The notes beneath the pieces are model-generated. The model saw only the letters and a program-made list of their open reading frames with translations, made no database searches and was not told where the DNA came from. Below, one piece after another: positions 59,427 to 64,000 of a DNA stretch of 64,000 nucleotides (within the stretch, counting starts at the first letter, position 1; each line of letters opens with the position of its first letter). The stretch spans positions 1,645 through 65,644 of the forward strand of contig NZ_CAXTHR010000002.1 of assembly GCF_964244095.1 (NCBI RefSeq), written 5' to 3'. The translations under genes were made by a program, and so were the position numbers. The stretch comes from an uncultured Methylobacterium sp. (GTDB taxonomy: Bacteria > Pseudomonadota > Alphaproteobacteria > Rhizobiales > Beijerinckiaceae).

Positions 59427-59948
59427 TCAATCCGCCCCGGCCCCGAGATCCTTGGGCCGCACGAACCGCTCCAGGCGGCCGGTCCGGCCGACCGCGCTCC
59501 AGTCCTCTCCCGCGAACGTGATCACCGCGAGGGCGGCGGTCGGGAACCCGCCCGCGAGCCGGTTGCGCGCCTCCCGCGGGCCGCTCGCGACGAGGCTGTC
59601 GGCCAGCGCCTCGATGCCGGGGTTGTGGCCGACCAGGATCAGCGTCCCGGCCTCGGCGGGCGCCGCGCGGACCGCGTCGAGCAGCGCCTCGGGCGCGGCC
59701 TCGTAGATCGCGGGCACGATCTGAGTGGGGACCCCGCCCAGAGCTTCGGCCGCCGCCTCCCAGGTCTCCCGCGTGCGCTGCGACGGTGAGATCAGGGCAA
59801 GGTCGGGCTGCAAGCCCTCCGCGGCGAGGTAGGCGCCCATCCGTGGCGCCGCCGCCCGGCCGCGCGCGTCGAGCGGTCGGTCGAGGTCGGGCACGCCCGG
59901 CGGCCGGTCGGCCTTGGCGTGGCGCAGCAGCAGCAGCAGGCGGCGCAT
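59427..59948 (-). CDS. sixA: SixA-type histidine phosphatase
   Basis: Contains LLLLRHAKA (the RHG/RHA catalytic motif), SP..RT.ET and LVGHNPG. 173 aa. Its ATG overlaps the AKR stop (TGATG). Confidence 0.8.
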   Translation of the reverse strand: MRRLLLLLRHAKADRPPGVPDLDRPLDARGRAAAPRMGAYLAAEGLQPDLALISPSQRTRETWEAAAEALGGVPTQIVPAIYEAAPEALLDAVRAAPAEAGTLILVGHNPGIEALADSLVASGPREARNRLAGGFPTAALAVITFAGEDWSAVGRTGRLERFVRPKDLGAGAD

Positions 59949-60928
59949 CACGAGAACCCGACGATCGGATGGGGTGCGTACAGGCTCTCCAGCGCCGCGG
60001 TCTCGTCGGCGGTGAGCACGAGGTCGAGGGCGGCGGCGGCGTCGGTCAGGTGGCCGGGCTTCGAGGCGCCGACGATCGGGGCGGCGACCTCGGGCTTGGC
60101 CGCGACCCAGGCGAGCGCCACCTGCGCGCGCGGCACGCCGCGGTTGGCCGCGATCTCGGCGACCTTGGCGATGATCGCGCGGTCGGCCGCGGCCGCCGCA
60201 TCGTAGAGGCCGCGGCCGACGTCGTCGCTGTCCTGCCGCGCGGTGGTGGCGTCCGGATCGCGCGTCAGCCGCCCGCGGGCGAGCGGGCTCCACGGCAGCA
60301 CCGCGATGCCCTGGTCGCGGCACAGCGGCAGCATCTCGCGCTCCTCCTCGCGGTAGAGCAGGTTGACGTGGTTCTGCATCGTCGCAAACCGCGTCCAGCC
60401 GTTGAGGTCGGCGGTGAACAGCGCCTTGGCGAACTGCCACGCGTACATCGACGAGGCGCCGATCGTCCGGGCCTTGCCCGCCTTCACCACGTCGTGCAGC
60501 GCCTCCAGCGTGACTTCGATGGGCGTGTCGTAGTCCCAGCGGTGGATCTGGAAGAGGTCGACGTACTCCATCCCGAGCCGCGTCAGGCTGGCGTCGATCG
60601 CGGCGAAGATCGCCTTGCGCGACAGCCCGCCGGCATTGGGCTGGGACGTGAGCGGGAAGTAGCACTTCGTCGCGACGACGAGGCTGTCGCGGTCGCCGTA
60701 ATCCCGGAGTGCCCGGCCGACGATCTCCTCGCTGGTGCCGTCGGAATAGTAGTTCGCCGTATCGAAGAAGTTGATGCCGAGGTCGAGCGCCTGCCGGATC
60801 AGCGGCCGGCTCTCCTCCTCCGGCAGCGTCCAGGGATGGGGGCCGCGGTCGGGCACACCGTAGGTCATGCAGCCGAGGCACAGGGCGGACACGTCGAGGC
60901 CGGTGCGGCCGAGCTTCTTCATCTTCAT
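59948..60928 (-). CDS. aldo/keto reductase
   Basis: MKMKKLGRTGLDVSALCLGCMTYG, FFDTANYYSDGTSEE and LATK are typical AKR motifs. 326 aa. Confidence 0.92.
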   Translation of the reverse strand: MKMKKLGRTGLDVSALCLGCMTYGVPDRGPHPWTLPEEESRPLIRQALDLGINFFDTANYYSDGTSEEIVGRALRDYGDRDSLVVATKCYFPLTSQPNAGGLSRKAIFAAIDASLTRLGMEYVDLFQIHRWDYDTPIEVTLEALHDVVKAGKARTIGASSMYAWQFAKALFTADLNGWTRFATMQNHVNLLYREEEREMLPLCRDQGIAVLPWSPLARGRLTRDPDATTARQDSDDVGRGLYDAAAAADRAIIAKVAEIAANRGVPRAQVALAWVAAKPEVAAPIVGASKPGHLTDAAAALDLVLTADETAALESLYAPHPIVGFS

Positions 60929-60977
60929 GCGGCCTATCTGGGCGCGCGAAGCCGGATGGCCAGGGTCGGCCGGCCGC

Positions 60978-61829
<852 letters not shown>

Positions 61830-61925
61830 CGGGCGTGGGTGTCCTGGGCGGCGCGTTCGTCACAGGACATACGGCGAAGGCGGAGCGCGGACAACACGGG
61901 CGCCGTCCCGCGCGGGCATCGCCGC

Positions 61926-62654
61926 TCAGGCGAGCGCGGTGTCGGACGGCTCGCTGTCGGAGGGGCGGGCATCCTCGGAGCTCGGGCGCCCCGTCCCGGG
62001 CGCCACCGTGGTGGCGACCGGCTCGCAGCGGATCGTCACGGTGTCGCCGTCGATGGTAAAGCGTACGTCCATCGCCGCGGCCCGCGCCACGAGGCCGGCA
62101 TAGTACGGCAGAATGCCGTGGGCATCGACCGCGCCGTTCTCCGGCGTGCCGGCGATCAGCGCCTCGACGTGCGGCGGGATGCGCGCGTGCGAACCCTTGG
62201 CCGTGAGCACCAGGGTCGGCGCCTCGCCGTCACCCGCGACCTTGACGTCGAGCAGGCCCCCGCGCGGGATCGCGCCGGTGGCGATCATCACGAGGTTCAG
62301 CAGCAGCTTGACCTTGTTCTTCGGGTAGAGCGCCACCGGCGCGCTCCAGGCAAGCTGCGTCTTCTCGTCGGCGAACATCCCGCGGGAGACCTTCTCGGCG
62401 TCGGCCAGATCGATCGAGGCACCGGCCGATCCCGCCGCGCCGAAGGCGATCCGGGCGAATTGCAGCCGGGCCGAGGCGTGGCGCGCGCTCTTGCGGATCA
62501 GGTCGAGGGCGAACTCGCGCATCGACGCGTCGTTGTCGTCCTCAAGCACCTCGAGCCCGTTGACGATGGCGCCCACGGGGCTGATCACGTCGTGGCAGAC
62601 GCGGGAGCACAGCAGCGCCGAGAGGTCGAGCGCGTCGAGGGTCACGGGGATCAT
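61926..62654 (-). CDS. chpT: histidine phosphotransferase ChpT
   Basis: The LSALLCSRVCHDVISPVGAIVNGLEVL motif (phospho-His in a DHp-like helix) and a degenerate CA-like C-terminal domain are characteristic of alphaproteobacterial ChpT. Confidence 0.8.
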   Translation of the reverse strand: MIPVTLDALDLSALLCSRVCHDVISPVGAIVNGLEVLEDDNDASMREFALDLIRKSARHASARLQFARIAFGAAGSAGASIDLADAEKVSRGMFADEKTQLAWSAPVALYPKNKVKLLLNLVMIATGAIPRGGLLDVKVAGDGEAPTLVLTAKGSHARIPPHVEALIAGTPENGAVDAHGILPYYAGLVARAAAMDVRFTIDGDTVTIRCEPVATTVAPGTGRPSSEDARPSDSEPSDTALA

Positions 62655-62928
62655 GGCACGCTCCGGGCGTTTTTTGATGTTCGGCGACGCGGACTCGGCG
62701 GCCGGCCGCCGGCGCGGCCTTGCCCGCACGGATAGACGCCACGTCGGGCTTTGCAAAGCGTTACGGGCCGCGGCGGACGGCTTCGGACGCCCGCAAACGG
62801 AGGTTGGAAGGTACGAGTCCCGGGTCGGGTGAGATGCGTATCCCCCGGTCCCGGGTCCCGCGCAGGAGCGTGCGCGTCGCTCCCGGAAGAACCCGCATCC
62901 GTCGAGAACCGACCAGGGCTTCCGACGA

Positions 62929-64000
62929 TCACTCGATCCGCACGACCACGCTGTCGCTTGCACCCGTCGCGTCGAGCACCGAGATCCGCGCGAAGCCGGC
63001 GCCGTCGGGCAGCCACTCGGACTGGCGCCGGGCGGAATCAGCCACCGGCTGGCCGCCGACCATCCAGGTCAGCGGCGGCACCCCGCCCAGCGCCTTGAGG
63101 GCGAGGCCGGGGCGCGGGCCTTCCTCCGACAGGCCGAGGTCGATCCGGGCGCCGTCCGGCGGGTAGGCGATCTTCAGGGGCGCGGTGTTGGTAGCCTCGA
63201 GCGTCCTCGGCGCGTCCCTGCGGATGTGGCGCAGGGGCGGCGGCAGGCCGGCGGTGGTGGCGACGAGCGCGTCGCGGGCTCGCGCCACCGGCTCGGGCTC
63301 GCCGCCGAAGCGGGAGAACGCGTCGAACAGGATCGGCGCGGCGACCGTGCGCCCGACGAGGCCCGGCACCGCGGCGCCGTCCGGGCGCCCGACCCAGACC
63401 GCGATGGTGACGCGCCGGTCGAAGCCGACCGCCCAGGCGTCGCGGTAGCCGAACGAGGTCCCGGTCTTGTAGGCGATGCGGCCGGAGAGCGCGTTCTCCG
63501 GCGGGGGAGCGCCGCGCAGGATGTCGGCGACGTACCACGCCGCCACCGGCTCCGCGACCGCCCGCGACGGCGTGGACGGCGGGACCCGGTCGGCCCGGTG
63601 CCACAGGTCGGGCACCGCGCCGCCGCGCGCCAGCCCGGCATAGAGCCGCGCGAGGTCGGTGAGCGTGATGCCCAAGCCCCCGAGCGCCACCGGCAGGCCG
63701 GGCGCGGCGTCGCGCGGCAGCAGGATCGCGGCGCCGGCCGCCCGCAGGCGCGCGACGAAGCGGGCGGGGCCGACCGCCTCCATCAGCGCCACCGCCGGCA
63801 CGTTGAGTGACAGTTGCAGCGCGCGCCGCGCCGTGACGGTGCCCTGGTAGGTCAGGTCGAAGTTCTCGGGCGCGTAACTCGCCGCGTAGCGGGCCGGGCG
63901 GTCGTCGAGCAGCGTCTCGGGGTGCGCCAGCCCCGCCTCGAACGCCTGCGCGTAGATGAACGGCTTCAGCGCAGAGCCCGGCGAGCGCACCGCCAGCGTC
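62929..64000 (-). CDS. pbpC: penicillin-binding protein 1C, C-terminal part (5' end outside the window)
   Basis: It has transpeptidase motifs (SALKPF, KTGTS) followed by the PBP1C-specific C-terminal beta-domain (LKIAYPPDGARI...). The ORF is open to the window edge. Confidence 0.88.
   Translation of the reverse strand, partial: TLAVRSPGSALKPFIYAQAFEAGLAHPETLLDDRPARYAASYAPENFDLTYQGTVTARRALQLSLNVPAVALMEAVGPARFVARLRAAGAAILLPRDAAPGLPVALGGLGITLTDLARLYAGLARGGAVPDLWHRADRVPPSTPSRAVAEPVAAWYVADILRGAPPPENALSGRIAYKTGTSFGYRDAWAVGFDRRVTIAVWVGRPDGAAVPGLVGRTVAAPILFDAFSRFGGEPEPVARARDALVATTAGLPPPLRHIRRDAPRTLEATNTAPLKIAYPPDGARIDLGLSEEGPRPGLALKALGGVPPLTWMVGGQPVADSARRQSEWLPDGAGFARISVLDATGASDSVVVRIE

Overview
The window is very GC-rich (about 70% by eye) and densely coding. 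Its content is typical of a core chromosomal region of an alphaproteobacterium of the order Rhizobiales. The CpdR, ChpT and MucR/Ros genes, a ROSE-like hsp20 leader, and the GC content suggest a Methylobacterium-like organism; this is inference only.

Readable genes, in order:
- 1-13.4 kb: hpt (partial), cpdR, dapD, a frameshifted LysR regulator divergent from a tautomerase-like gene, SDR/hydrolase pairs, an OmpR-type regulator, an MFS transporter, yggS and leuS.
- 13.5-21.1 kb, minus strand: a seven-gene Bat-type operon (MoxR ATPase, DUF58, DUF4381, VWA, VWA, TPR, BatD).
- 21.3-38 kb: mgtC, the DUF2948-hisD-UPF0262-LMW-PTP cluster, kup, a uraD gene interrupted by an in-frame TGA, an NCS1 permease, exported msrB/msrA, tRNA-Gly(UCC), rnd, and an orphan yejE-like permease.
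- 38.8-48.9 kb: an mdtA-mdtB-mdtC-NodT RND efflux operon.
- 48.9-64 kb: an acyltransferase, a YcbB-like L,D-transpeptidase, dps, a Pat-type acetyltransferase, a MucR/Ros homologue, an Mrr-domain protein, hsp20, and a chpT-AAA-AKR-sixA string, ending in pbpC (partial).

I found no transposase, integrase, CRISPR array, rRNA, or recognisable defence or toxin module, and I cannot support a claim of a new multi-gene system.

The signals most worth a second look:
1. Two related families of nested-palindrome intergenic elements (about 150 bp and about 205 bp). They sit in several junctions of the Bat operon and in every intercistronic gap of the RND operon. In two cases they lie inside the 5' end of the only available ORF.
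2. A promoter-operator-terminator unit that predicts a small RNA of about 110 nt. It lies in a 950-bp non-coding gap that also carries a gene remnant.
3. Two disrupted genes: the LysR frameshift in a (CG)n run and the uraD in-frame TGA.
4. A low-complexity insertion of about 65 aa in MdtC.
5. A Ros/MucR homologue lacking three of the four zinc ligands.

All calls come from reading the translations and the DNA by eye. No database search was run.
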